Assembly: GCA_029866025.1 (NCBI GenBank)
Contig: JARXAD010000001.1
Span: forward strand, 229,873-293,872
Source of the DNA: Vampirovibrionales bacterium
Lineage (GTDB): Bacteria > Cyanobacteriota > Vampirovibrionia > Vampirovibrionales > Vampirovibrionaceae
Reading direction: 5' to 3'
Length of the DNA: 64,000 nt
Shown: in pieces, positions 1 through 8,855 of the stretch
How the letters are laid out: each line of letters opens with the position of its first letter
Numbering within the stretch: position 1 is the stretch's first letter
Program-made: the position numbers and the translations under genes
The notes under the pieces: model-generated
What the model saw: the letters and a program-made list of their open reading frames with translations, nothing else
Told to the model about the DNA's origin: nothing
Database searches by the model: none

Positions 1-1250
1 CGCCTGTAATGGCCAGCGTGCCCGTCACGCCCAAGTTGGTGGTGGCGCCAAAGGTTCCGCTACCCGCGGCCAAGTAATTGGTTCCCGTAGTCCCAGTGTT
101 GGATAAGTTTCCCGTGATGGTGACATTAGATAAGTAGGAGCGAATATCCATGACCCCACTGCTGGCAATGTTGCCCGTGGTGGCAATGGCGCTGCTGGTG
201 CCTTGGGCAATTAGGCTAACACCCGTGGCGGTAATGCCCGCCGTATTAATGTTGCTGGTGGCCCCTTGGGTGTTTAAGGCCACACTGGTTCCCGTAAAGC
301 TGGGCAAGGTAATAACCCCATTGGTACCCAGCGTGGTTAAGGTTAGATTGGTTGGGTTAGCAAACCCCGTAAAGGTAGGGTAATTAAAAGTGCCACTGGC
401 ATCGGCACGTCTAAAATTGAGGGTGTTAAAAGCTCGGGCGGTGCCATCTGTAAACATGGGCTTGGTAAAAATATCGCCATTGCCATCCCAAATGGTTAGA
501 ATTTTTCCAGCCCCGCCACTAATACCCAACGTGCCAGTAACGCCCAGGTTGGTGGTGGCGCTAAAGGTTCCGCTACCCGCGGCTAAAAAGTTGGTTCCCG
601 TGGTGCCAGTGTTACTGACGTTACCCGTCACCGTTACGTTGGATAAATACGACCGAATGTCCATAACACCACTGCTGGCAATGTTGCCGGTGGTGGTAAT
701 GGCGCTGCTGGTGCCTTGAGCTTGTAGGCTCACATCGGTGGCGGTAATGCCAGCCGTATTGATGTTACTGGTATTGCCCACTGTGTTTAGCGTCAGGTTG
801 GTGCCACTAAACGCGGGGAGGGTAATAACGCCGTTGGTGCCCAAAGTGCGCAACGTTAAATTAGCACTGGGCAAAGCAAAGCCTGTTAGCAGTGGGTAAT
901 TAAAGACACCACTGGCATCGCCCCGTCTAAAATCTAGGGTGTTAAAGGCACGGGCCGTGCCATCGGTAAACAGGGGCTTGGTAAAAATACTGCCGTTACC
1001 ATCAAACACGCTCAGGGTTTTGGTAGCGCCCCCACTAATGGCCACCGTGCCGGTTACGTTTAAATCGGTGGTGGCGCTAAAGGTTCCACTGCCTGCGGCT
1101 AGGTAATTAACGCCGGTGGTGCCGGTGTTGCTTACGTTGCCGTTTACCGTTACGTTGCTTAAAAAGCTCCGAATATCCATGAGGCCCGTGGTGGCAATGT
1201 TACTGCTGCTGGTAATGGCACCGCTGGTGCCTTGGGCTTGCAGGGTTAAA
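1..1250 (-). repeat. Degenerate ~513-516 bp (171-172 aa) tandem repeats inside TpsA
   Basis: Anchor CGAAT(A/G)TCCAT recurs at 141, 654 and 1170; GCTGGTGCCTTG and GGTGGTGGCGC.AAAGGTTCC recur with the same period. Confidence 0.85.
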
Positions 1251-3184
1251 TTGGTACCACTGTAGCCGTTGTTAAGGGTAAGGGTGCTGCTGGTACCATT
1301 GGCAATGGCACTAAAAATAGGGGAATTAATGGTGCCAAAGCGCATGGGGGATGACGCCACGTTGTAGTTAAAGCTGGTGCTGGTAGGGGCCGTAACGTTT
1401 ACCACGCCGGTACCGGTCAGCACGGGGCGAGTGGCGGTAATGGTATTGCCAGCCGTTAGGGTGGTGTTGGCATTGCCGCTGTTAATGGTGCCGCCAAGGG
1501 TAATGTCTCGCGCGTTAATGGCCACGGTACCACCGCCGCTGGTGATGGTGCCACTGGCGTTGTTTACAAAGTTACCCGTGGTGTTGGCGTCCGTATCGGC
1601 GTTAAACACCATGTTAAGGGCGTTGGTAGAACTAATGGCGGCGTTCACGTTGAGGTTTCGGTGGGCGTTAAAGGTGAGGGTTCGCCCTGCCACGCCCGTA
1701 TACGCCAAGGCCGAGGAGACGGTAATGTCCCCATTCTCGCTGTTGGTACCGCCGGTACCGGTGCTAATAGTCACGTTCCCCAAGGCCAAGGCGCTGTTAA
1801 TTAAATTCACCCCCAACACCGACGTATTGTTTGTGGTGAGAAAGGGCGAGGCCCCATTGATGTTGGTTTGGGTGCTACCAGCGCCAATGGTTAGGTCGTT
1901 GGGATCTAGCAACCAAGTGCCTGCTGGGCCAAACAGGGTACTGACATCGGGAAGGGATTGGACATCGAGGTAATGCTTGCCAGAGGTTTCCACAAACCCA
2001 CCGCCGTTAATCCCTTTGGCTTGGATAGTGCCGTGGCTGGCGGTGTTGTTATTAGCCCACAGAATCACTTTACCGCCGGTACCACTGCTAGTGGCGTTGG
2101 CTAAAATACTACTGCCTGCTTGGGCCCACGTGTTTAGGGCGTTAAAAATACTGGGGTTTTGTCCTTGGTAATCCCCTCCAATAAGTGCCGTGCCGCCGCC
2201 GTTGGTGCCACTGACGTCCACCGTGCTACCGGCAGCAAGGGTCACTTCATCGCCTAACAAGTTAATAGCGCCGCCGTTGCCTGTCTCGTTACTAGCGGTT
2301 AGGGTACCGCTGTTAATGACTTTTCCCGTGCGGTCGTCGGTCGTTCCTAACGCTAAAATCTTACCATCGGTACCGCGGTGGAAACTTTTGGCACGTACAA
2401 TGCCCGTGTTGTTAATGGTGGCGTTGTAAAACGAGCGAATAAGGCGTGCTTGCAGCTGTGCTTTTTCAGCCGTAATCAAGCCGCTGTTTTTAATAGCGGC
2501 TTGGGTGTTGGCCACCTCTGTTTCTAGTGCTTGGTCAATGGTCACGTCGGCCAGTAAATCGGGTCCCAGTTTGTAGGTAATTTGCTTGCCCACGGCTAAG
2601 GCAACGCTGGGGGCGGTGAGGGTGCCTTCGTTGCTAATGGCGCTGGCAAGCATGGCAATGTCTTGGGTGGCGGTAATATCCCCTTGGTTGGTAATGGCTG
2701 CAGGGGCATGATTGTTAGACTGGATAAACTTAAATTGGTCCGCCAAAAAATCTTGGTTTCTTATATCCAACGTGCTGGCAACCAAGCCTTGCACATTGAC
2801 ATTGGCGTTTGGGCCAAAAAACACGCCCGAGGGGTTAATTAAAAATACCCGTCCACTGGAGGTAAGTTTTCCAAAAATTTGAGACGGCGTGCCACCAGTT
2901 ACTCGGTGCAAGCTAAGGGGCGATTGGATGTGCACCGAATTAGCTTGACCGATGTTAAAGGTGCCGTAGTTAATAATGGCGCGGTTGCTGGCGGTAATGT
3001 TTAAATGGGTGCCATCGTTGGTAAACGTGGCACTGCCGCTGGCCACACTGTAGTTCGTGGGTAACTGGGAGGATACGTCGGCACTGGCCAGGGGTGCTAT
3101 AGAAAACCAGCCCAATACCACCACCAGTAAAGCGCTACTAAAACGCCTAAAACAGGATGGATTGCTATGCAGGTGTAAGTTCAA
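1..3184 (-). CDS. Filamentous haemagglutinin-like TpsA exoprotein (3' part beyond the window)
   Basis: Hand translation from TTG at 3184: signal peptide (..SALLVVVLGWFSIAPLASA), then the TPS secretion domain (AIINYGTFNIG..HRVTGGTPSQIFGKLTSSGRVFLINPSGVFFGPNANVNVQGLVASTLD) and G/T/N-rich beta-helix sequence; lies downstream of TpsB. Missing from the ORF track because no stop lies inside the window. Confidence 0.9.
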   Translation of the reverse strand, partial: MNLHLHSNPSCFRRFSSALLVVVLGWFSIAPLASADVSSQLPTNYSVASGSATFTNDGTHLNITASNRAIINYGTFNIGQANSVHIQSPLSLHRVTGGTPSQIFGKLTSSGRVFLINPSGVFFGPNANVNVQGLVASTLDIRNQDFLADQFKFIQSNNHAPAAITNQGDITATQDIAMLASAISNEGTLTAPSVALAVGKQITYKLGPDLLADVTIDQALETEVANTQAAIKNSGLITAEKAQLQARLIRSFYNATINNTGIVRAKSFHRGTDGKILALGTTDDRTGKVINSGTLTASNETGNGGAINLLGDEVTLAAGSTVDVSGTNGGGTALIGGDYQGQNPSIFNALNTWAQAGSSILANATSSGTGGKVILWANNNTASHGTIQAKGINGGGFVETSGKHYLDVQSLPDVSTLFGPAGTWLLDPNDLTIGAGSTQTNINGASPFLTTNNTSVLGVNLINSALALGNVTISTGTGGTNSENGDITVSSALAYTGVAGRTLTFNAHRNLNVNAAISSTNALNMVFNADTDANTTGNFVNNASGTITSGGGTVAINARDITLGGTINSGNANTTLTAGNTITATRPVLTGTGVVNVTAPTSTSFNYNVASSPMRFGTINSPIFSAIANGTSSTLTLNNGYSGTNLTLQAQGTSGAITSSSNIATTGLMDIRSFLSNVTVNGNVSNTGTTGVNYLAAGSGTFSATTDLNVTGTVAISGGATKTLSVFDGNGSIFTKPLFTDGTARAFNTLDFRRGDASGVFNYPLLTGFALPSANLTLRTLGTNGVITLPAFSGTNLTLNTVGNTSNINTAGITATDVSLQAQGTSSAITTTGNIASSGVMDIRSYLSNVTVTGNVSNTGTTGTNFLAAGSGTFSATTNLGVTGTLGISGGAGKILTIWDGNGDIFTKPMFTDGTARAFNTLNFRRADASGTFNYPTFTGFANPTNLTLTTLGTNGVITLPSFTGTSVALNTQGATSNINTAGITATGVSLIAQGTSSAIATTGNIASSGVMDIRSYLSNVTITGNLSNTGTTGTNYLAAGSGTFGATTNLGVTGTLAITG

Positions 3185-3414
3185 CGACTGTTAATTCTCT
3201 CTGAATAAGGCTGATGGTGCCGTTATGAATGATGACTCTTTTGAGTGTATGAGCCATTCGTACTGGCCACATCCACTAAACGAACTAGCCAAAAATAGCT
3301 AATCCCTTCACTAAAAAACCATCGTAATGCCTAGCGGTACAAACTCCTAGCGAAGAGTATTGATGATTCAATCCGCTGCTTTGCAACGCAATGAATTTGA
3401 AACCAACAGTAAAG

Positions 3415-3446
3415 AACCACCCGTAAAAACCACCCGTAAAAACCAC
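3415..3446. repeat. 13-bp tandem repeat (AACCACCCGTAAA x2.5) in the tpsB-tpsA spacer
   Basis: aaccacccgtaaa aaccacccgtaaa aaccac read directly. Confidence 0.8.
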
Positions 3447-3581
3447 TCTTGCCCTTCAGTCCGCATTAGTGCACCCACGTTGAATGGTTACCTTATGGGT
3501 ATCGGATTGTTGGGTATAAAAGAGAGCCATTGTAACGATTTGTAGCGACCGTGACATAGGCCAATTGGATTAAAAAACTAT

Positions 3582-5417
3582 TTAAAATAGAGGCGTTTGC
3601 AAGCCAAAGTGAAGTCGGGGAAAGCTTTTATCGGGGGATGGTTTTAGGAGTGGAAAGCCAATATCCAAACGGCCCACCAGATACTTGGTTAAGGTTAATC
3701 GAAGGCCAACACCCGTACCCAACAAGGTTTCATTTCTCGATTCAGACGCTTTGGGTTGGTGGGTCACAATCTGGGCCACATCGGTAAACACCACCCATTG
3801 CAGGGCTTGGCGTAGGGGTTGGTGGGTTAAGGGTAGTTTCCAATCTCTCGGAAAGAGTAGGCTGGGAATGTAGCATTCGGCTGTTAGGTTGGCGCCACTG
3901 TCTCCTAAATACAGGCCTTCTTTATACCCACGGGTGGTAAAGGCACCGCCTACCTGCATTTGTTCTGTGGCAAACAAACGATCATTGGACCATTGATAAT
4001 TGGAACGCAGCACGCCCGTAAGTTGCCAAGGCAGGCGTTGCACCCGTGTAATGCCCCCCGTCATATTAAAAAATTGGGTACCGCTGCCTGGTTTGCTATT
4101 GCCAATGTCCCGGTTAAGCGGGGTGTCTCCTTGGGTACCGCCCCACATATCCAAGCCAATGCCAAATTCTTGATTTAGGAGGGTTCTTCCCCAAGCATCC
4201 TGAAAACTGCCCCTAAAATACGGGCGTAGCAGTCGAATATGATCTTCGGTAAAGGGTTCGCCTACCAGATCGGTGCGCAAGTTTTTCCAATCGAAGGCCA
4301 AGCCGGCCCATAGTGACCGTTTGTCTGAAAAAAGCAGCGGTTGCTCCACAGAGGCACTGAAGGTATGCGCTTTCGAGACCACATCCAAATCTGCCAAAGC
4401 CCCTTGAGGGGTTACATTGCTGTAAGCATAAGTAAAACCTAACTGTGTGCCCGATGAATGGACGGGGATTTGGTATTGGCTGAACACACCGCTCGAAGCT
4501 TCGCTGGCATTCCATGTGGTGGAGAGGGTATCGCCAAAGCCCAACAGGTTGTTGTGAGTTAGGGTGGCGCCAAAGCGGTTGTGGCCAATGGGGCGCCTTC
4601 CCAAATTATCCCAAAACGGGGTGAGGTGGATGGGAAATCGCGACATGGAGCGCAGCGCCACCGACGACGTGCCGGGCTGCTTGCCTGCTAGTAATTTAGC
4701 ACTCACGGTGCGGTCGGGGTTTTGGTTAAGCAATGCAATACGGCGCTGCAAAGCGTCCACGTTTAACGGATCGCCCGAGGCCATGCTAATGTAAGGCAGA
4801 ATGGAACGCTGAGTGAACCAAGGAGAGATGAACCAAGGGTAAAAGTGCCTGCCAGGTGGGGTTAAATCCAGTGTAATGGTATCGACCAAAACTTCTTGCG
4901 ACTGAAGGATCAGCTCGTCGTTGGTAATTTCCTGTTCGGGTAGGTAAACACTACTGGTAAGATACCCTTTTTTTGCGTACAGCAAGCTTAGGGCGTCGGT
5001 TAGGGTGCTCACATCGTTAAAGGTAATAGGACGGTTGAGGTACGGGGCAACCACGTCTTCCACCGTCGAAGGATCCAGCAAGGTGTTGCCTTGCAGGCGA
5101 ATACGTTTAAAGGTGACCTGTTCTTCGGCATCGGTGGGTTCGGGAGCGGTTTGTGGGTCTCGTTCCACCTGTGTGGGGGGCAACGGGTTGTTGGGAGAAG
5201 GGGGGGCGTTGGTTTGGGTGTTGTCAGGTGTAACCGTTCCGGGCAAGGCCCATGGCTTGGTGCTGGCGTCCAATACGGCTCCAGGCTGAAAATTTTGGGC
5301 AACACCTCCCCCACTGCTAGAAATAATTAGGCAGAAGCAAAGACTCCAGTAGAAGAGTTGAACCCGTTTCTGCAGAAGTGGGGGGCGAGTTGGTGACCAC
5401 GAAATAAGAGGGGGCAT
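3582..5417 (-). CDS. ShlB/FhaC/HecB family TpsB outer-membrane transporter
   Basis: POTRA region (LYAKKGYLTSSVYLPEQEI), DNLG motif, GG..TTRGY (VRGY-type) loop, C-terminal aromatic beta strand; adjacent to TpsA. Confidence 0.92.
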   Translation of the reverse strand: MPPLISWSPTRPPLLQKRVQLFYWSLCFCLIISSSGGGVAQNFQPGAVLDASTKPWALPGTVTPDNTQTNAPPSPNNPLPPTQVERDPQTAPEPTDAEEQVTFKRIRLQGNTLLDPSTVEDVVAPYLNRPITFNDVSTLTDALSLLYAKKGYLTSSVYLPEQEITNDELILQSQEVLVDTITLDLTPPGRHFYPWFISPWFTQRSILPYISMASGDPLNVDALQRRIALLNQNPDRTVSAKLLAGKQPGTSSVALRSMSRFPIHLTPFWDNLGRRPIGHNRFGATLTHNNLLGFGDTLSTTWNASEASSGVFSQYQIPVHSSGTQLGFTYAYSNVTPQGALADLDVVSKAHTFSASVEQPLLFSDKRSLWAGLAFDWKNLRTDLVGEPFTEDHIRLLRPYFRGSFQDAWGRTLLNQEFGIGLDMWGGTQGDTPLNRDIGNSKPGSGTQFFNMTGGITRVQRLPWQLTGVLRSNYQWSNDRLFATEQMQVGGAFTTRGYKEGLYLGDSGANLTAECYIPSLLFPRDWKLPLTHQPLRQALQWVVFTDVAQIVTHQPKASESRNETLLGTGVGLRLTLTKYLVGRLDIGFPLLKPSPDKSFPRLHFGLQTPLF

Positions 5418-5940
5418 TATCGATATTACTTGTATTTTTATAGTAGTGACTGTGATTAAGCTACTATATCTTACACGCTTGTAAAATTAACCTTACAGAA
5501 ATTGCGTTGCCGTCACATTCTGTTTGAATGGTGTCCACTACCTATTTAGAGCTTTTAAGCATGCTACCAAGGCATTGAAATCCATAGGTTTAAAGGATGG
5601 TGAAGAAAACCAAAGGATTTGACCTTTAGAATTACAATAGCGGCTCCACCACAGCCACTTCAATCACGCCGCCAAAGAAAAACCCATTTTTAATCTGGCT
5701 ATTTTGTGCATCCATTTTTCAATCTCAACCTGTTTTTTTGGGGTTAGATCCAATAGCAATAAACGTACCTTTTTCCCCCATAAGGCTACGGATCGTGACA
5801 ATTTTATTGTTAAATAATGAATACATCTGAAAACAGGGGGGCTTTGAGAAAACTGGTCTACTCAGAAAAGGTATCGTTAAGCTGAGAATGATAACGGCAG
5901 CTATTAAAAACACACTAGAGTGTTAAGCATTTTTCATAGG

Positions 5941-6915
5941 TTAGTCCTTTTGCACCATGCGTGTTGATTGAAAGAACTTCCAGATCTCAGTACTTGCACG
6001 AATATCATGGCTGGTCTTTCCCAACAGAATAGAGTCATACCAGTGGTCATTTTTGGATCCCGGCCATGTGTGGCCTCCCCCATGAATCATCCATAACGTC
6101 AATGCATTGGGGCGAGCACAGGAAAAGGTAAGCTGTTCTGCAGATAAACCATCGTTGGGTTTAACATCGATAAGGTTTTGAGTAGCTGGCTTACTTTGGC
6201 AGTGGTTCGCTTTTTGCCAAAAAGACAGCGTTTGAGGCACGGATATAATGTTGGATGTCTTAAAAAAGACTTTGACTCGACGAATTTGGCCCTCCCACGT
6301 AATAACCGGATCGTTTGTGCCATGAATAAGCATGACAGGGGTTTGTTTGGGTGTGGAGCACTCCTCGCTTAGTGGTTGCCCCATCGTAGAACCAACGGTT
6401 GCAATGGCCGCAAAGCGGCCCGGCATATCACAAGCCAACCGTTGAGAAAAGAAACCGCCATTGGAAAAACCCGTCAGGTAAAGGCGTGTTTGGTCTATCT
6501 GCCGGGCAGAAGCTGTGGTATCTAAAATGGCATTCACATAGTCCACGTCATCGTTATTGTGATTCGCTACAGCCTTGCCGTTCCATTGATGCTTACCCCC
6601 ATCGGGGTAGAGCACTAAAAAATTCTCTTGTTCTGCTAGCTTATTAAAGCCCGTCGTTGAAGCCATCATTAGGGCATTCATACGAAACCCATGCACTGCC
6701 ATCACAACGGGCAATGGCTGGGAGGCATTGTAGTGAGAAGGCGTATAGAGCCAAAAATACCGTTGCTCGCCATGCACCCAAACGCTATGCTGCTCCATTC
6801 CCAACGCCGCTGTTTGAGGCGACCCTACACCGGAGAGTGGGATAACAAGGCTTGCCATAACCCAGCTAGCCATAACCAAGGCCGCAACGACATAAAATTT
6901 AAAAGAACCAGCCAT
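5941..6915 (-). CDS. Secreted alpha/beta hydrolase, PHB depolymerase/LpqC-like esterase
   Basis: Signal peptide, PVVMAVHG, VLYPDG, nucleophile elbow GFSNGG, IHGTNDP, GGGHTWPG. Confidence 0.85.
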   Translation of the reverse strand: MAGSFKFYVVAALVMASWVMASLVIPLSGVGSPQTAALGMEQHSVWVHGEQRYFWLYTPSHYNASQPLPVVMAVHGFRMNALMMASTTGFNKLAEQENFLVLYPDGGKHQWNGKAVANHNNDDVDYVNAILDTTASARQIDQTRLYLTGFSNGGFFSQRLACDMPGRFAAIATVGSTMGQPLSEECSTPKQTPVMLIHGTNDPVITWEGQIRRVKVFFKTSNIISVPQTLSFWQKANHCQSKPATQNLIDVKPNDGLSAEQLTFSCARPNALTLWMIHGGGHTWPGSKNDHWYDSILLGKTSHDIRASTEIWKFFQSTRMVQKD

Positions 6916-6916
6916 A

Positions 6917-7696
6917 CTAGGAATGCTTATCGGATTTTGCGTTAAGAGTCTCTATCCCTTTTTCGGTAACCATCAGTAATCTTTCAAGATTAGCCAGCCC
7001 TAAGTGCCTTTCATGTTTTTTTAAAATGCCTGCTTGAAGCAGTTCTGAAATAACCTTGCTAACGGTGGGGCGTGCAATTCCAGACAGGTCTGAAATTTCT
7101 TGATGGGTTAAGGCCACATAGCGTTGACAATCCCCATGTGTACAGTTTTCTCCGAATTTTTCGGAAACATCCAGCAAGGTTTCAGAGACCCTCGCATAAA
7201 CATCTTTAATGGAAATACTTAGGACCCGTTTTTGTAGGCGATCCTGCTGTTGGGACAGAATCTCAATCAGTCGCATCATAAAATTGGGATGGTTTTTTAA
7301 GACATCCCAAAAAACAGGGGCTTCAATGGAGATAAGACGAACATCCTGAGCTGCTTCAATGTAATCACTGTAATTAACAGGGCTGGTAGAGCCTGGAAAG
7401 TCACCAAAAATATCCGAAGGTCTTAAAAAACTTAAAATAATACGTCTGTCATCGGTGGGCAACAGGCGACATTGACGAGCATATCCTCGGTCAACAATAT
7501 AAATACGAGAATCACCGCCCTCTTGAATGTACCAAGCTTGTCCCTGCTTTAATTCAATACGTTTGCTACGGAGCATCAGCGCTTGAACTTCCACCTTCGA
7601 CAATTGCTGCAGAATAGCACTTTTCTTATCATTCCATAATGATTGTTGTGTAGGCATAAGGGTTGGGAAATAGATGTCGAAGGGTGAGATTACCAT
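6917..7696 (-). CDS. Crp/Fnr family transcriptional regulator
   Basis: cNMP-like domain (IYIVDRGY..LRPSDIFG) and C-terminal HTH (LTHQEISDLSGIARPTVSKVISEL); start uncertain (7720/7696/7657). Confidence 0.9.
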   Translation of the reverse strand: MVISPFDIYFPTLMPTQQSLWNDKKSAILQQLSKVEVQALMLRSKRIELKQGQAWYIQEGGDSRIYIVDRGYARQCRLLPTDDRRIILSFLRPSDIFGDFPGSTSPVNYSDYIEAAQDVRLISIEAPVFWDVLKNHPNFMMRLIEILSQQQDRLQKRVLSISIKDVYARVSETLLDVSEKFGENCTHGDCQRYVALTHQEISDLSGIARPTVSKVISELLQAGILKKHERHLGLANLERLLMVTEKGIETLNAKSDKHS

Positions 7697-7759
7697 AGCA
7701 GTGATTGTTTCCCAAATCAATGAAAGAAAGGCCAGTCTACCCCCTTATTTACGACCTTA

Positions 7760-7802
7760 TTGTCAGATACATGACAACAGGGGTGTTTTTTCCTTTTATA
7801 GT
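7760..7802 (+). promoter_or_regulatory. Crp/Fnr-type operator TTGTCA-N6-TGACAA plus -10 TATAGT (class II geometry)
   Basis: Perfect palindrome at 7760-7777, centred about 41 bp upstream of the start site implied by TATAGT at 7797-7802; lies between the Crp gene and the lipid operon. Confidence 0.75.
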
Positions 7803-7860
7803 AAGAGGGTACTATTGGAGAACTTATTTTTGAGGCACTTTTGTGACGTTCGTAAAAGAT

Positions 7861-8838
7861 ATGGATTTTAAAGGGTTTAAAACCCCCATTGCTCAGCTTT
7901 TTCGGGCGCTGATTGATGCCGATGCGAACCCAGTAAGAACGAGTAAGAAAAACATCACTTGGGACCGCTTGTTACCCTTTGTGGTGCTGCATTTGGGATG
8001 CTTGGGGGTCATTTGGACTGGGGTAAGCCCTACTGCTTTCATTGTAGCAGTCGCTCTGTATTGGGTACGAATGTTTTTGATTACAGCCTTTTTTCATCGC
8101 TATTTTTCCCATAAAACCTTTGAAATGAACCGTTTTTGGCAGGCCATTGCCGCTTTTGGTACTTTGTTTGCCGTTCAGCGGGGGCCTTTGTGGTGGGCAG
8201 CGCATCACCGGCACCATCATCGCCATTCCGATGATCAGGATGATGTACATTCTCCCTCGCAGCGAGGGTTTTTCTGGGCGCACATGGGGTGGATTTGCTG
8301 TGATGCCAACATGCCTACCCGGTATGAGCTGATCCCTGACCTGACCAAATTCCCTGAATTGGTCTGGATTAATCGTTTGGATTGGCTGGGAGGCGTCTTG
8401 CTGGCGGGAGGTCTTTGGCTCTTGGGCAATTACCTCTATACCCTAAATGGTAGCACCACGGGTGCTCAATTGCTGGTGTGGGGCTTTTTTATCAGTACCG
8501 CCCTTCTGTTTCATGCCACGTGTACCATTAATTCCCTTTCTCATGTGTGGGGGGCTCAACGGTTCCAAACCGACGATACCAGCCGTAACAATCCTGTTTT
8601 GGCTATTGCTACCATGGGAGAAGGTTGGCATAACAATCATCATTTCTACCCAGCGTCAGCTCGGCAAGGTTTTTATTGGTGGGAGGTGGATATGACGTAT
8701 TACGGTTTAAAGCTTCTCGCTATTTTTGGCGTGGTTAAAAAATTACACCCCGTTCCTCCATGGGTATACCAAAAAGCTGGGGTTGGGCTTCCCTCCAGTT
8801 TTGTCCCTCTCTCGTCGTCTACCATGCCCTCTGTGTAA
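7861..8838 (+). CDS. Acyl-CoA/acyl-lipid delta-9-type fatty acid desaturase
   Basis: His boxes HRYFSH, HRHHH, GEGWHNNHH. Confidence 0.92.
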   Translation: MDFKGFKTPIAQLFRALIDADANPVRTSKKNITWDRLLPFVVLHLGCLGVIWTGVSPTAFIVAVALYWVRMFLITAFFHRYFSHKTFEMNRFWQAIAAFGTLFAVQRGPLWWAAHHRHHHRHSDDQDDVHSPSQRGFFWAHMGWICCDANMPTRYELIPDLTKFPELVWINRLDWLGGVLLAGGLWLLGNYLYTLNGSTTGAQLLVWGFFISTALLFHATCTINSLSHVWGAQRFQTDDTSRNNPVLAIATMGEGWHNNHHFYPASARQGFYWWEVDMTYYGLKLLAIFGVVKKLHPVPPWVYQKAGVGLPSSFVPLSSSTMPSV

Positions 8839-8855
8839 TCCTAAAGGTATTCCTT

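Noticed and set aside
25..2429. Several V/L/P-rich plus-strand ORFs and one short minus-strand ORF in the track
   Set aside because: Antisense or out-of-frame shadows of the repetitive TpsA gene
3360..3545. 61-aa ORF between tpsA and tpsB
   Set aside because: TTG start, opposite strand, no recognisable features
5471..5497. TTACA/TGTAA palindromes upstream of tpsB (NtcA-like?)
   Set aside because: GTA-TAC spacing is 10 rather than 8, and the AT-rich context makes a chance match likely
5725..5913. 62-aa ORF with a hydrophobic N-terminus
   Set aside because: Weak start and no family motif; cannot be supported
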